In this document: one piece after another, positions 1 through 11,366 of the stretch | How the letters are laid out: every line of letters starts with the position of its first letter | Numbering within the stretch: position 1 is the first letter of the stretch | NCBI RefSeq assembly: GCF_003334305.1 | Contig: NZ_QOWS01000011.1 | Length of the DNA stretch: 64,000 bases | DNA from: Escherichia coli | GTDB lineage: Bacteria > Pseudomonadota > Gammaproteobacteria > Enterobacterales > Enterobacteriaceae | Strand: one strand, 5' to 3' | The notes under the pieces: generated by a model | Seen by the model: the letters and a program-made list of their open reading frames with translations, nothing else | Told to the model about the DNA's origin: nothing | Databases searched by the model: none | Made by a program: the position numbers and the translations under genes

Positions 1-1
1 C

Positions 2-1141
2 GACGGAACGCAGGCGACATTTATTGATGATGCTGGGGAGCAAAAATGGGCGGTGGATTCCATTGCCGACTGCGCGCGTCGTTTTATGGCGCATCCTCAG
101 GTGAAAGGACGTCGGGTATATGGACAGGTTGGGTTCAACTTTGCGGCGCATGCGCGGGGGATTGCCTTTAACGCCGGGGAGTGGCCGCTGCTGACGTTAA
201 CCGTTCCCCGTGAAGAACTTATTTTTGAAAAGGGAAATGTCACCGTTTATGCGGACTCCGCCGACGGGTGCCGACGTTTGTGCGAGTGGGTAAAAGAGGC
301 CGGTACAACGACGCAGAACGCACCACTGGCGGTGGATACCGCCCTCAATGGTGAGGCATATAAACAACAGGTTGCGCGCGCCGTTGCGGAGATCCGCCGT
401 GGCGAGTATGTCAAAGTGATTGTCTCGCGCGCCATTCCCCTGCCATCGCGGATTGATATGCCCGCCACGCTGTTATACGGGCGGCAGGCAAACACGCCTG
501 TGCGCTCGTTTATGTTCCGTCAGGAAGGACGCGAAGCGCTGGGCTTTAGCCCGGAACTGGTGATGTCAGTGACGGGCAATAAAGTGGTCACTGAACCGCT
601 TGCGGGCACCCGAGATCGCATGGGAAACCCGGAGCATAATAAGGCGAAAGAGGCAGAACTGCTGCACGACAGTAAAGAGGTGCTTGAGCATATCCTTTCT
701 GTCAAAGAAGCTATTGCTGAACTGGAGGCTGTTTGCCAGCCGGGCAGCGTGGTGGTTGAAGATTTAATGTCGGTTCGCCAGCGCGGCAGCGTTCAGCATC
801 TGGGGTCTGGCGTGAGCGGTCAGCTTGCGGAAAACAAGGATGCCTGGGATGCGTTTACCGTGCTGTTTCCGTCGATTACCGCCTCAGGTATCCCTAAAAA
901 TGCTGCTCTGAACGCGATTATGCAAATTGAGAAGACGCCGCGAGAGCTTTATTCCGGCGCAATCCTGCTGCTGGACGATACGCGCTTTGATGCGGCGCTA
1001 GTTCTGCGTTCCGTATTTCAGGATAGCCAGCGCTGCTGGATACAGGCGGGGGCGGGAATCATCGCGCAATCTACGCCGGAACGCGAACTGACAGAAACCC
1101 GGGAGAAATTAGCGAGCATTGCGCCCTATTTAATGGTGTAG
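2..1141 (+). CDS. ybtS: Salicylate synthase of the yersiniabactin pathway (Irp9/YbtS-like), 5'-truncated by the window edge
   Basis: Reading frame open from position 2 (no stop upstream of the GTG at 53); chorismate-binding enzyme family C-terminal domain; genomic context. Confidence 0.75.
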   Translation, partial: DGTQATFIDDAGEQKWAVDSIADCARRFMAHPQVKGRRVYGQVGFNFAAHARGIAFNAGEWPLLTLTVPREELIFEKGNVTVYADSADGCRRLCEWVKEAGTTTQNAPLAVDTALNGEAYKQQVARAVAEIRRGEYVKVIVSRAIPLPSRIDMPATLLYGRQANTPVRSFMFRQEGREALGFSPELVMSVTGNKVVTEPLAGTRDRMGNPEHNKAKEAELLHDSKEVLEHILSVKEAIAELEAVCQPGSVVVEDLMSVRQRGSVQHLGSGVSGQLAENKDAWDAFTVLFPSITASGIPKNAALNAIMQIEKTPRELYSGAILLLDDTRFDAALVLRSVFQDSQRCWIQAGAGIIAQSTPERELTETREKLASIAPYLMV

Positions 1142-1334
1142 GAGTAACTGTTTTCTAACCTCACAACCAGACTGTCCAAAGACAATTGAGTCGCTCTTTG
1201 ATTCCTCTGTGACTCTATTGTCTTCTTTTGGGATAAAATAGGTGTTTTTCGTCATGAAGTTGATAAAAGTCTATATAGAACCACCTCCTGTGGAGGTGGT
1301 GGTAATTTGCCAGAGTGTGGGATTCGTTAGTATA

Positions 1335-2597
1335 CTATGGGATAAACTTATTTTTACCAATTGTATAAGGCGGTGCATAAGATTCTCGGCATGCTTCCAG
1401 ATAATCCGACCACCACTGCATCATCGCTTTGCGGGCTTCCAGGTGCTCTGCCTTATGAATATAAGCCATGCGCACGGTATTGCGCTCCTGATGACTCATC
1501 TGGCGTTCTACTGCGTCCTTTGCCCATAAACCCGATTCCATCAGCGCACTGCATGCCATTGCCCGGAAGCCGTGACCGCAGATATCCTTTTTCGTGTCGT
1601 AACCCATCACCCGCAGTGCCTTATTGACCGTGTTTTCACACATTGGCTTATACGGGTTATGGTCGCCGGGGAAGATCAGTTCATTATTACCGGTGATATC
1701 CTTAATCTGTTTCAGAATGGCGATGGACTGTTCTGAGAGGGGGACGATATGCGGCATTCGCATTTTTGCCCCGCGGCCGGAATAATGCACGCCAATAATG
1801 GGTTCTCGCGTCGCGGGTATCGTCCAGACTCGGTTTGTGAAATCAATCTCTGACCAGCGGGCGAAACGCAGTTCACTGGAGCGAATGAACACATGCAGCA
1901 TCAGCAGAACGGCATGCCGGGTCAGTTCACGGCCCTGATGATATGCCCCAATACGTTCAAGCAGTTCAGGCAGCCGCTCCAGCGGCAGGGCAGGATAGTG
2001 CCGTCTGACAGGAGGTGTGGTCACGCCGCCAAGGTTTGCTGCAGGGTTCGTATCGATTAACTCCTGATGGACCGCATGGCGTATTATGTTACTCAGGTGC
2101 TGCCGTGTGCGGGACGCAACCTCCAGCAGACCTTTTTCCTCGATCCCTTTCTGCAGGTCAATGAAATGACGGGGTTTAAGTTCTGATACAGGTAGGTTCC
2201 CGATGACCGGAAAGATGTGATTGTTCAGGCTGGCAAGCAGACGGTCGGCGGTGTTCTGCGACCATTTCCTGTTACTTTTATGCCACGCCAGCGCCACGTT
2301 TTTAAAAACTTTCTCCGGTGTTCGTGAGCCACGTACAGCAGCCCGCTGCTGTACCGGGTTGATATTCAGCGCCAGCATTTTACGGATACCTTCACGTTGC
2401 TGTCGCGCATCAGACAGGGAGATGGCTGGATAGGCACCCAGCGCAATGCGGGATTCTTTACCGCTAATACGGTATTTGAGATACCAGTGGCGGGAGCCAC
2501 CCGGCTTGACCCGCAGATACAGACCGTGAGAATCGGAGACTTTAAAGGGTTTATCAGAAGGCTTGAGGGTGCGGATTTTTGCGTCGGTAAGGGATAT
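1335..2597 (-). CDS. int: P4-family tyrosine integrase (HPI int); 420-codon frame, but the expected initiator position is ATA
   Basis: 347-aa ORF from ATG at 2378 extends in frame upstream through a canonical P4-integrase N-terminus (ISLTDAKIRSLKPSDKPFKVSDSHGLYLRVKPGGSRHWYLKYRISGKE...) to a TAA at 2613-2615. Confidence 0.85.
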   Translation of the reverse strand: MSLTDAKIRTLKPSDKPFKVSDSHGLYLRVKPGGSRHWYLKYRISGKESRIALGAYPAISLSDARQQREGIRKMLALNINPVQQRAAVRGSRTPEKVFKNVALAWHKSNRKWSQNTADRLLASLNNHIFPVIGNLPVSELKPRHFIDLQKGIEEKGLLEVASRTRQHLSNIIRHAVHQELIDTNPAANLGGVTTPPVRRHYPALPLERLPELLERIGAYHQGRELTRHAVLLMLHVFIRSSELRFARWSEIDFTNRVWTIPATREPIIGVHYSGRGAKMRMPHIVPLSEQSIAILKQIKDITGNNELIFPGDHNPYKPMCENTVNKALRVMGYDTKKDICGHGFRAMACSALMESGLWAKDAVERQMSHQERNTVRMAYIHKAEHLEARKAMMQWWSDYLEACRESYAPPYTIGKNKFIP

Positions 2598-2758
2598 ATG
2601 GGGGTCACTCCATTATCGAACTAACCTGACCCCAGATTTGACCACCAATTTTTCCCGATGCGTAGGGTAAAATCAAAATGCACCGAGAAGAGTTTTCACA
2701 CTAACCTGTTGAATCAACATCAGATAAAGATTCGCAAGGATGCAAGAAAACAGAAAAT

Positions 2759-2834
2759 TGGCTCCTCTGACTGGACTCGAACCAGTGACATACGGATTAA
2801 CAGTCCGCCGTTCTACCGACTGAACTACAGAGGA
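2759..2834 (-). tRNA. asnT: tRNA-Asn (GUU)
   Basis: Exact match to remembered E. coli tRNA-Asn, 76 nt with CCA end; identified as asnT by the flanking mtfA. Confidence 0.95.
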
Positions 2835-2934
2835 ATCGTGAGAACGGGGCGCATATTACTTAGCGGTACCTTGTCTGTCAACACTAAATTTCATAAGCCA
2901 TTTCAATTGGTTAATTAATCTGCAAAGTTGTTAA

Positions 2935-3732
2935 TTAATGAACATTCGTCGCCGAAAACGAGTCTGTATCATTAGCGTGATGCAGTCTCTGCAAAGGATC
3001 TTGTTGATAAAATTGGCAGAAACGTTGCCACAATGAAGGGAAACGAGGAGCAAAAAGTTCTGGGGCGCTAAAGAAATATTCAGAAAGTACGGCAAAACAT
3101 TCAGCAGGATCACTGGCAGCATAAGCATCGATGCTCGCCGCATTCTCGCCAACCAATTCGATTTCTTCCTGAATGTTGTTCATTGCAGCATGAAGATCGT
3201 GTTCCCAGCCAGCAACCTCACGCAACGGAATAAAGGGAACTCCGCTGGCGCGATCGCCGTTACGGGTGTCCAGCTTATGAGCGACTTCATGAATAATCAG
3301 GTTAAAACCAGAAGCATCAAAAGAATCTTGTATATCCAACCAGTTCAAAACGATAGGCCCTTGCTGCCAGCTCTGACCTGACTGAACAATACGTTGGTTA
3401 TGCACCAGACCGATATCGTCTTCCCATTCATCATCGACCACAAATGGCGCAGGATAAATTAAGACTTCATGAAAACCATCCAGCCATTCCAGTCCTAACT
3501 CCAGAACGGGCAGGCAAAATAGAAGTGCTATCCGGCAGCTTCTTAATGAATTCAGCTCAAAGCCCTGTAAAGGAACAAGCCGTTTTTGCTGTAAAAAACG
3601 TTCGGCAAGAGTGACTAATTTGCTTTGTTCCTGTTCCGTCAGACACGTTAAAAGGGGGATCGATAGTGCTTCCTGCCAGGGAAGGGCAGTTTGATGTGCT
3701 GATTCTTGTACTTTCCAGGGCCACTTAATCAT
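2935..3732 (-). CDS. mtfA: Mlc titration factor A (zinc-dependent aminopeptidase)
   Basis: 265-aa frame with HEVAHKLD zinc motif; start taken at MIKWPWK, inside the longer track ORF. Confidence 0.9.
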   Translation of the reverse strand: MIKWPWKVQESAHQTALPWQEALSIPLLTCLTEQEQSKLVTLAERFLQQKRLVPLQGFELNSLRSCRIALLFCLPVLELGLEWLDGFHEVLIYPAPFVVDDEWEDDIGLVHNQRIVQSGQSWQQGPIVLNWLDIQDSFDASGFNLIIHEVAHKLDTRNGDRASGVPFIPLREVAGWEHDLHAAMNNIQEEIELVGENAASIDAYAASDPAECFAVLSEYFFSAPELFAPRFPSLWQRFCQFYQQDPLQRLHHANDTDSFSATNVH

Positions 3733-3825
3733 CGTTTTGCTCGCAAACTCGTCACTTGAACAAAATTGCACGGACAGGGACTGTTAAAATGCCAAATTTC
3801 CTGGCATCATGGCAACCATCTGAAC

Positions 3826-3915
3826 GGAGAGATGCCGGAGCGGCTGAACGGACCGGTCTCGAAAACCGGAGTAGGGGCAACTCTACCGGGGGTTCAAATC
3901 CCCCTCTCTCCGCCA
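3826..3915 (+). tRNA. serU: tRNA-Ser (CGA)
   Basis: 90-nt match to remembered E. coli tRNA-Ser with long variable arm and CCA end. Confidence 0.95.
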
Positions 3916-4584
3916 CTTTATCAATGACTTATCTCCCGACTTCCCGCCTTGCTTTTCCTAAACAGAACAATCGTAGAATATTCTTGAAGGGTTAGATCGT
4001 CACTGTTTTCTGTTCGATACTGTGACATTCAGCACTTGATTCGCTATGGGTCTGACAGGAAGGTTTCGAGCGAAAATCTACAGTTATTCAGTCGTTTTCT
4101 TATCGGTCACCATTATTCTTTTAGACATTGATCCTATGAAACTGCCGCAAAGTTGCTGGCGGGAACTGAAGTTGCGTAGAGAAGGGGTCAATAATTGAGC
4201 CAAAAAAGGAACGCGGCCGTCAGATTAAAGCCGCGGGACAAAGTCCATAATTTCCAAGAGTTGTTGAATTTCCCAGCTTTTTTGAAAGCCTTTGTATCAT
4301 ACTAACAAGTAAAAAAGGTTTAAATACCAAAATTAACCTATATTTCTGGTTAGCTTTACCATGACAGATGACTTGCTCCTGGAGACATTGGCGCAGCCCG
4401 TCTGTATTGGTGAGTTGTGTATTTATTGTTCGCCGTTTTCTCAGTTTTTTTCTACAGACATAATAAAAAAGACACGTCTCAAGCATGAGCGTGTCTGAGT
4501 TTGTCTTATTTATTTGTCTTGGTAAATTATTGTCGTTACTACCAGGCACTGTTCTGTTAAATAATTGAAGTCAGCGCAAAAAAA

Positions 4585-5235
4585 TCAATGAGACATCATC
4601 TCCTCGACCACTTCTTTGCTACTCAACTGATATGGATAATACGTTGGCCAGTTTTCCATTTCATTCAATAAAGACTGTTGGGTATCATTACCCATAAAAA
4701 TGTGAAAATGAGATGATTTTCGTGGTGCAATTATATGATCGCTAAATTGAATATATTTAGGGGCTTTGCTTTCAGGATCTTTACATTCGAATAAGTAACG
4801 AACGCCTTTCTTGCCTGATTTATAGGTGAGTATTTTGTATCCATCGTAATCATATTTACAGGATGTTGTTTCATTATGTCTATGGAATTCAACAATGCCG
4901 TCCTCAATGCCAATCATCTCGATATCTGTCACATAACCTTTGCGATAATAATCTTTAATTTCAGCAAATGTTTTGGTTTTATCTGCATCCGCTTTCTTCT
5001 GAAAGACGGGGTCAAGTTTGCCACTTTGCAGTAAAGGATAAACGGATTGCCAGACTCCATCCCAGTCACTGAGCGTTCGGTTTTGTACATTGGTATCATC
5101 AAAAACACCATTAGCAGCTTTTTGTTCGACCTCTGTTAAGGGGTTGCCGTGTGAGTGATGACCATGCGAAAAGGCAGGAGCGCTAACAATAAAGACGCCT
5201 AAAGCAACAGCCAGTTTATGAAGACGAATCGCCAA
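4585..5235 (-). CDS. zinT: Periplasmic zinc/cadmium-binding protein ZinT (YodA)
   Basis: 216-aa ORF, signal peptide plus HGHHSHG metal-binding motif. Confidence 0.95.
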   Translation of the reverse strand: MAIRLHKLAVALGVFIVSAPAFSHGHHSHGNPLTEVEQKAANGVFDDTNVQNRTLSDWDGVWQSVYPLLQSGKLDPVFQKKADADKTKTFAEIKDYYRKGYVTDIEMIGIEDGIVEFHRHNETTSCKYDYDGYKILTYKSGKKGVRYLFECKDPESKAPKYIQFSDHIIAPRKSSHFHIFMGNDTQQSLLNEMENWPTYYPYQLSSKEVVEEMMSH

Positions 5236-5267
5236 AACAGTTTCCTCCAGAGTTAATGTACATGATG

Positions 5268-5290
5268 TATAATGTTATATTGTAACATAT
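5268..5290. promoter_or_regulatory. Zur box in the zinT promoter
   Basis: Near-palindrome ATGTTATATTGTAACAT resembling the Zur consensus, just upstream of the zinT start. Confidence 0.6.
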
Positions 5291-5427
5291 GGCGAAATGC
5301 AATAACTCTTAGGAAACGAGAGCATAGTTTTCTCAGGTGTATTTTCCTATCTTATTGAAATAAAATAAATTATTCTGGTGATGAAAGGTTGATGACAAAC
5401 GAAACATAACTTGATGCGATCTGTGTG

Positions 5428-5460
5428 GGCCGGATAGGGCGCTCGCGCCGCATCCGGCCG
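5428..5460. repeat. REP (repetitive extragenic palindrome) element
   Basis: GCCGGATAGGGCGCTCGCGCCGCATCCGGC palindromic REP-type sequence between zinT and msrQ. Confidence 0.7.
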
Positions 5461-5491
5461 GGATAACGCGTACTTTGTTGGCAATATGAAG

Positions 5492-6127
5492 TTATAGAGA
5501 TAATTTGTTGTGAACCTGCTTGCGTAACTGGTTGAAAAGGGAAAGCAACTTCTTATACCGTAAGGCTAAAAGCAGTACCGCCAGCCCAGCGTAGATGAGT
5601 GGCTGCGGTGAAATAATCTTCACTGACCACAAATAATGTATTGGGGCCAGGATCGCGACAAGATAGACGAAGTTATGCAACTGTTGCCAGTGTTTGCCGA
5701 GTTTTCGCTGCATCGCCTGGGTTGAAGTGAACGCTAACGCAAGCAAAATTACCCAGCTGATAATACCTAACGTTAAATAAGGCCGGGTAATTAACTCCTT
5801 ACCTAATAACGCCAGATTATTCACGCCCAGCTCCAGCAATGCGTAACTGGTTAAATGCAGTGTCGCCCAGGCAAAGCACCATAAGCCTAACAGGCGGCGA
5901 GTGCGTATCAATAACGGCTGTTTTGCGTAGCGTGCCAGAGGTGTGATTAACAAGGTCGCCAGCAAAAATTTCAGTGCAGTGCGACCGGTAAAATGCTGAA
6001 TATCTTTCACCGGATCGGCACCCAGTCCACCGTGATTGATCGCCCAGGCCAGCCAGAGAAACGGCAACAATCCGGCAAGATGCAGGCAAACTTTCAGCCA
6101 TGTCACCTGTTTTGCTGTCAGACGCAT
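5492..6127 (-). CDS. msrQ: Methionine sulfoxide reductase haem-binding membrane subunit MsrQ (YedZ)
   Basis: 211-aa hydrophobic ORF, operon partner of msrP. Confidence 0.9.
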   Translation of the reverse strand: MRLTAKQVTWLKVCLHLAGLLPFLWLAWAINHGGLGADPVKDIQHFTGRTALKFLLATLLITPLARYAKQPLLIRTRRLLGLWCFAWATLHLTSYALLELGVNNLALLGKELITRPYLTLGIISWVILLALAFTSTQAMQRKLGKHWQQLHNFVYLVAILAPIHYLWSVKIISPQPLIYAGLAVLLLALRYKKLLSLFNQLRKQVHNKLSL

Positions 6128-7138
<1,011 letters not shown>

Positions 7139-7240
7139 TCACACTTTTTTGTCGTTAGCCAGCAAGAGCCGTTTACTGTTTATCTGTCAGGGAGTGTCCT
7201 CCCTAACAGTAGCAGAGATCTGCTTTTACATATTTATGCA

Positions 7241-7654
7241 TTAACTGCCACGATAGGTTGAATACCCATATTGGCTAAGTAATAAAGGCACATGATAATG
7301 CTCGTTCACTTTATTAATATGAAATTCAACGGGGATCTCAGGGAAGAAACTTTCAAGATTTTGTTTCTTGAAATAGTCCCCGGTTTTAAATACGACACGG
7401 TAATCGCCCGTAGTTGCAGTTTGCTCGGGCCACAGTGCCTTAATTCGTCCATCCTTATCTGTTTTGGCGGTATTAAGTTGTAACCAGCCGTTATCCGCCT
7501 TCTTTTCAAGAGTGACTGTCACGTCAGCAGCGGGTTTTCCTGTTTGCTGGTTCAAAATGTGCACGCTAAGAATGTTTTGTTGTGCGGCATTAACCAAAGA
7601 AGGTAATGAAAATGCTGCCGTTGCTACCGAGAGTACTAAATAACGCTTTAACAT
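7241..7654 (-). CDS. hiuH: 5-hydroxyisourate hydrolase (transthyretin-like) HiuH (YedX)
   Basis: 137-aa ORF with signal peptide and C-terminal YRGS motif. Confidence 0.9.
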
Positions 7655-7723
7655 GTTTATATCCTTGTCATGTGAATGAGTTTTGAGGATAGCGAAAAAA
7701 CGTCCAGGGTAACCTTACAGCAG

Positions 7724-7741
7724 CATTACAATTTTGTAATG
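7724..7741. promoter_or_regulatory. HprR/CusR-type response-regulator box in the hiuH-hprR divergent promoter region
   Basis: Perfect palindrome CATTACAATTTTGTAATG. Confidence 0.6.
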
Positions 7742-7786
7742 AACCAGGCTGTTTCTATAACATATGATTTATGGCATATTATTTTC

Positions 7787-8458
7787 ATGAAGATTTTACT
7801 TATTGAAGATAATCAAAGGACCCAGGAGTGGGTAACGCAGGGGCTTTCCGAAGCGGGTTATGTCATCGATGCCGTTTCTGATGGCAGAGATGGGCTTTAT
7901 CTTGCGCTGAAGGATGATTATGCATTGATCATTCTGGATATTATGCTTCCGGGTATGGATGGCTGGCAGATCTTACAAACGTTAAGAACGGCAAAGCAAA
8001 CCCCTGTTATTTGCCTTACTGCAAGGGATTCTGTCGATGACAGAGTCAGAGGGTTGGACAGTGGAGCAAATGATTATCTGGTAAAACCTTTTTCATTTTC
8101 TGAGTTGCTGGCAAGGGTTCGGGCACAATTAAGGCAACATCACGCTTTGAATTCAACATTAGAAATCAGCGGCTTAAGAATGGACTCTGTTAGTCAAAGT
8201 GTGAGCAGGGACAATATCAGTATTACACTGACGCGCAAGGAGTTTCAGTTACTTTGGCTACTGGCCTCCAGAGCAGGCGAAATTATACCCAGAACGGTTA
8301 TTGCGAGTGAAATTTGGGGAATCAACTTTGATAGTGATACCAATACGGTGGACGTCGCCATTCGCAGGCTCCGCGCAAAAGTTGATGATCCTTTTCCTGA
8401 AAAGCTAATCGCCACAATCCGGGGGATGGGCTATTCATTCGTAGCGGTAAAAAAATAA
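7787..8458 (+). CDS. hprR: Two-component response regulator HprR (YedW)
   Basis: OmpR-family receiver and winged-helix domains; start taken at MKILLIEDN (223 aa) inside the longer track ORF. Confidence 0.9.
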   Translation: MKILLIEDNQRTQEWVTQGLSEAGYVIDAVSDGRDGLYLALKDDYALIILDIMLPGMDGWQILQTLRTAKQTPVICLTARDSVDDRVRGLDSGANDYLVKPFSFSELLARVRAQLRQHHALNSTLEISGLRMDSVSQSVSRDNISITLTRKEFQLLWLLASRAGEIIPRTVIASEIWGINFDSDTNTVDVAIRRLRAKVDDPFPEKLIATIRGMGYSFVAVKK

Positions 8459-9816
8459 TGAAAAGATTATCTATAACCGTCCGTTTAACCTTGCTTTTTA
8501 TATTGCTGCTGTCTGTTGCTGGCGCTGGAATTGTCTGGACTCTCTATAATGGCCTGGCAAGTGAGTTGAAATGGCGCGATGATACAACACTCATTAACCG
8601 GACAGCGCAGATCAAGCAGTTGTTAATTGATGGGGTAAATCCAGATACGTTACCTGTATACTTTAACCGGATGATGGATGTTAGCCAGGATATCTTGATC
8701 ATTCATGGTGATGGCATCAATAAAATTGTTAACCGGACAAATGTCAGTGATGACATGTTAAATAACATACCTGCTAGTGAGACAATCAGCGCAGCTGGCA
8801 TTTACAGAAGCATTATTAATGACACTGAGATTGATGCTTTACGAATTAATATTGATGAAGTTTCGCCATCATTAACGGTTACTGTGGCTAAATTGGCTTC
8901 AGCCAGACATAACATGCTTGAACAGTATAAAATCAATAGCATTATAATTTGCATTGTCGCCATTATACTGTGCTCAGTATTAAGTCCGCTGTTAATCCGA
9001 ACGGGGTTACGAGAGATCAAAAAGTTGAGTGGTGTAACGGAAGCGCTGAATTATAACGATAGCCGGGAGCCTGTTGAGGTTAGCGCATTACCGAGAGAAC
9101 TAAAACCTCTTGGGCAGGCGTTGAATAAAATGCATCATGCTTTAGTCAAAGATTTTGAGCGTCTAAGTCAGTTTGCTGACGATCTCGCTCATGAACTTAG
9201 AACGCCAATTAATGCATTACTGGGTCAGAATCAGGTTACGCTCAGTCAAACCAGAAGTATCGCTGAATATCAAAAAACAATTGCCGGTAACATTGAAGAG
9301 CTGGAAAATATTTCGCGGTTAACAGAGAACATACTGTTTCTTGCCAGGGCAGATAAAAACAATGTTTTGGTGAAACTGGACTCGCTTTCTCTCAATAAGG
9401 AAGTCGAAAATTTGTTGGACTATCTTGAATATCTTTCAGACGAGAAAGAGATTTGCTTTAATGTCGAGTGCAATCAGCAAATCTTTGCGGATAAAATTTT
9501 ACTGCAACGAATGTTATCGAATCTTATTGTTAATGCCATTAGATATTCACCAGAAAAATCGCGTATTCATATAACCAGTTTTCTTGATACCAACGGATCT
9601 CTTAATATTGATATCGCCAGCCCTGGAACGAAAATTAATGAGCCTGAAAAACTCTTCCGTAGATTTTGGCGGGGAGATAATTCGCGTCATTCCGTAGGTC
9701 AGGGACTAGGCCTTTCTTTAGTCAAAGCGATTGCCGAATTACATGGGGGAAGTGCTACGTATCACTATCTCAATAAGCATAATGTGTTCCGGATTACGTT
9801 GCCGCAAAGAAATTAA
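8458..9816 (+). CDS. hprS: Two-component sensor histidine kinase HprS (YedV)
   Basis: 452-aa ORF with two transmembrane segments, H-box HELRTPIN and ATPase domain; start overlaps the hprR stop. Confidence 0.9.
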   Translation: MKRLSITVRLTLLFILLLSVAGAGIVWTLYNGLASELKWRDDTTLINRTAQIKQLLIDGVNPDTLPVYFNRMMDVSQDILIIHGDGINKIVNRTNVSDDMLNNIPASETISAAGIYRSIINDTEIDALRINIDEVSPSLTVTVAKLASARHNMLEQYKINSIIICIVAIILCSVLSPLLIRTGLREIKKLSGVTEALNYNDSREPVEVSALPRELKPLGQALNKMHHALVKDFERLSQFADDLAHELRTPINALLGQNQVTLSQTRSIAEYQKTIAGNIEELENISRLTENILFLARADKNNVLVKLDSLSLNKEVENLLDYLEYLSDEKEICFNVECNQQIFADKILLQRMLSNLIVNAIRYSPEKSRIHITSFLDTNGSLNIDIASPGTKINEPEKLFRRFWRGDNSRHSVGQGLGLSLVKAIAELHGGSATYHYLNKHNVFRITLPQRN

Positions 9817-9923
9817 CATAGGGCTTCAGTACGCCATAAATTAACCGTGAAAAAACGCAGCCACGTCGTGAATACTAACGCGGCTGCGATTGATTATGCG
9901 CTTACATTAAAACGTAACAGGGA

Positions 9924-10775
9924 TTAACCCGCGTAAGCTGCCAGCATTTCCTGCGCCGCCAGTTTACCCAACGCATTCGCTGCGAAAGGACTGTCGCCGG
10001 TGAGAACTTTACGGTCCTTATGTACTCGCCCGGTGATGTCGTCATTAATAATGTTCATGCCCATTTTCTTCAGCTCTTCGCCGAAGTACCAGGTGAGATG
10101 ACCCGGCATATAGCCTATCTCTGGCGTTTGTTTGTCTGCGGCGTCTGGGAATGCGCAAATGGAATAACCATTCAGTGGGTTATCGCCGTGGCGAAGCGCC
10201 AGAAAAGCCGCCGGGCCGTGGCAAAGGGAGATAACAAAACGGTCATTTTTGATTGCCCACTGTAAAGCGGCAGCTACGTCCTGGCTTTCAGGTAAACCAA
10301 TAAGTGCGCCATGACCACCAGGAACAAAGATTGCTGCATATTCGCTATCAGCGTTGAGGCTGGCGACAACATCCGCGAGTTTCTTCGGATTGCGGAACAA
10401 CGATTTATGCTGCTCAAAGAATGGCATTACTTTTTCATCTTTGTGCGGCATAGCCCAGTATTCAAACTTGGTCAACAGGCCGGAAATGGTCGCCACTTCG
10501 AATTCGAAACCTGCAGCATGGAGATGATACAACGGCAGCAACGTTTCAATCGGATGGTTACCGGTCGAGAACAGTTTTCCGTTATCGGTCGGCAAATAAC
10601 GTTCGTCCGCGGCGATCACCAGAATTTTATGTTTACCGCGATACGGTTTTGGATAGTCCACGCCATCAAGATCAGAGACAGGACTGGTATATTGGCTAAG
10701 CGAATATTCTGAAGGGAAGAATGCATTATCTTCAGCAATATCGACCTGCGGATTTTTACTTGTTTGAACAGTCAT
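9924..10775 (-). CDS. hchA: Hsp31 chaperone / glyoxalase III
   Basis: 283-aa ORF, DJ-1/PfpI fold, matches remembered HchA. Confidence 0.95.
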   Translation of the reverse strand: MTVQTSKNPQVDIAEDNAFFPSEYSLSQYTSPVSDLDGVDYPKPYRGKHKILVIAADERYLPTDNGKLFSTGNHPIETLLPLYHLHAAGFEFEVATISGLLTKFEYWAMPHKDEKVMPFFEQHKSLFRNPKKLADVVASLNADSEYAAIFVPGGHGALIGLPESQDVAAALQWAIKNDRFVISLCHGPAAFLALRHGDNPLNGYSICAFPDAADKQTPEIGYMPGHLTWYFGEELKKMGMNIINDDITGRVHKDRKVLTGDSPFAANALGKLAAQEMLAAYAG

Positions 10776-11283
10776 AGTGTATTCCTTATTGTTGCTTAGT
10801 TAGGGTAGTCACTATATTTGCGACTGAGCTGGTCGCTATTTTTAACCAGGCTGGAAAATTGAGTCAATATATCGAAAGCGGTAGTCGGCGGGTGTAAGTA
10901 TGTAATGATGATGCTGCACTGGTGTTGAATATTATTCACGCCAAATTTTCCTTATTGAGTAACGTCGTCGCAAGTGGCCTCAATGATTTTAGACCATTAT
11001 CAGAGGTACGGGGTGGCGGGGAGAGATTTAGTGCTGTGGAATATTGTGGTGCTGATGAATATTTATATCGCGGATTGGTAGAGAAAAAGCTTATTTCATG
11101 CACTATTTTTGCAAATATTTCTATATGGGAAGCGTGTTTGTTACGGATTAATTCATAAAGAAATGCATTTGGGTGTTAGCTTGAAGAGTAGCTGGTTGAT
11201 GTTATTGTGCCAGGAGGGGCAGGGTAAGGTGCTGTATCGATATGCTTCGGCAATTGCGTGTGCCGCAGATGGAGATGAAATGC

Positions 11284-11323
11284 CAATAAAAAAGCCTGAG
11301 TTCGATGAGGGACGAACTCAGGC
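11284..11323 (-). terminator. Intrinsic terminator downstream of the porin gene
   Basis: 11-bp stem GCCTGAGTTCG/CGAACTCAGGC followed by a U-run on the minus strand. Confidence 0.7.
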
Positions 11324-11366
11324 TAGTGTTAAGTTTTACAGTAACACGCCGCAGCGAGTTGGCTGA

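Larger units (their letters stand above)
1..2758. mobile_element. Terminal part of a yersiniabactin high-pathogenicity island (HPI) integrated at asnT
   Basis: Salicylate-synthase gene followed by a P4-family integrase directly abutting the 3' end of tRNA-Asn; conserved core genes (mtfA, serU, zinT) resume beyond the tRNA. Confidence 0.8.

Noticed and set aside
2658-2918. 86-aa ORF spanning asnT
   Set aside because: Overlaps a tRNA gene on the opposite strand; artefact
4220-4549. 109-aa ORF in the serU-zinT spacer
   Set aside because: AT-rich, low-complexity translation rich in Lys/Arg/Asn, no ribosome-binding site or recognisable domain; does not resemble the cytochrome b561 (yodB) expected here
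7676-7786. N-terminal extensions of track ORFs (hprR 260 aa, and similarly fliM, dcyD, tcyJ, araF, araG, otsB, mtfA, yedS)
   Set aside because: The upstream Met or alternative start adds non-conserved residues; downstream starts match the remembered protein N-termini and lengths
10922-11366. Two overlapping ORFs (78 and 85 aa) between hchA and the porin gene
   Set aside because: Intergenic promoter/terminator region; translations are not protein-like and the second overlaps the porin terminator hairpin
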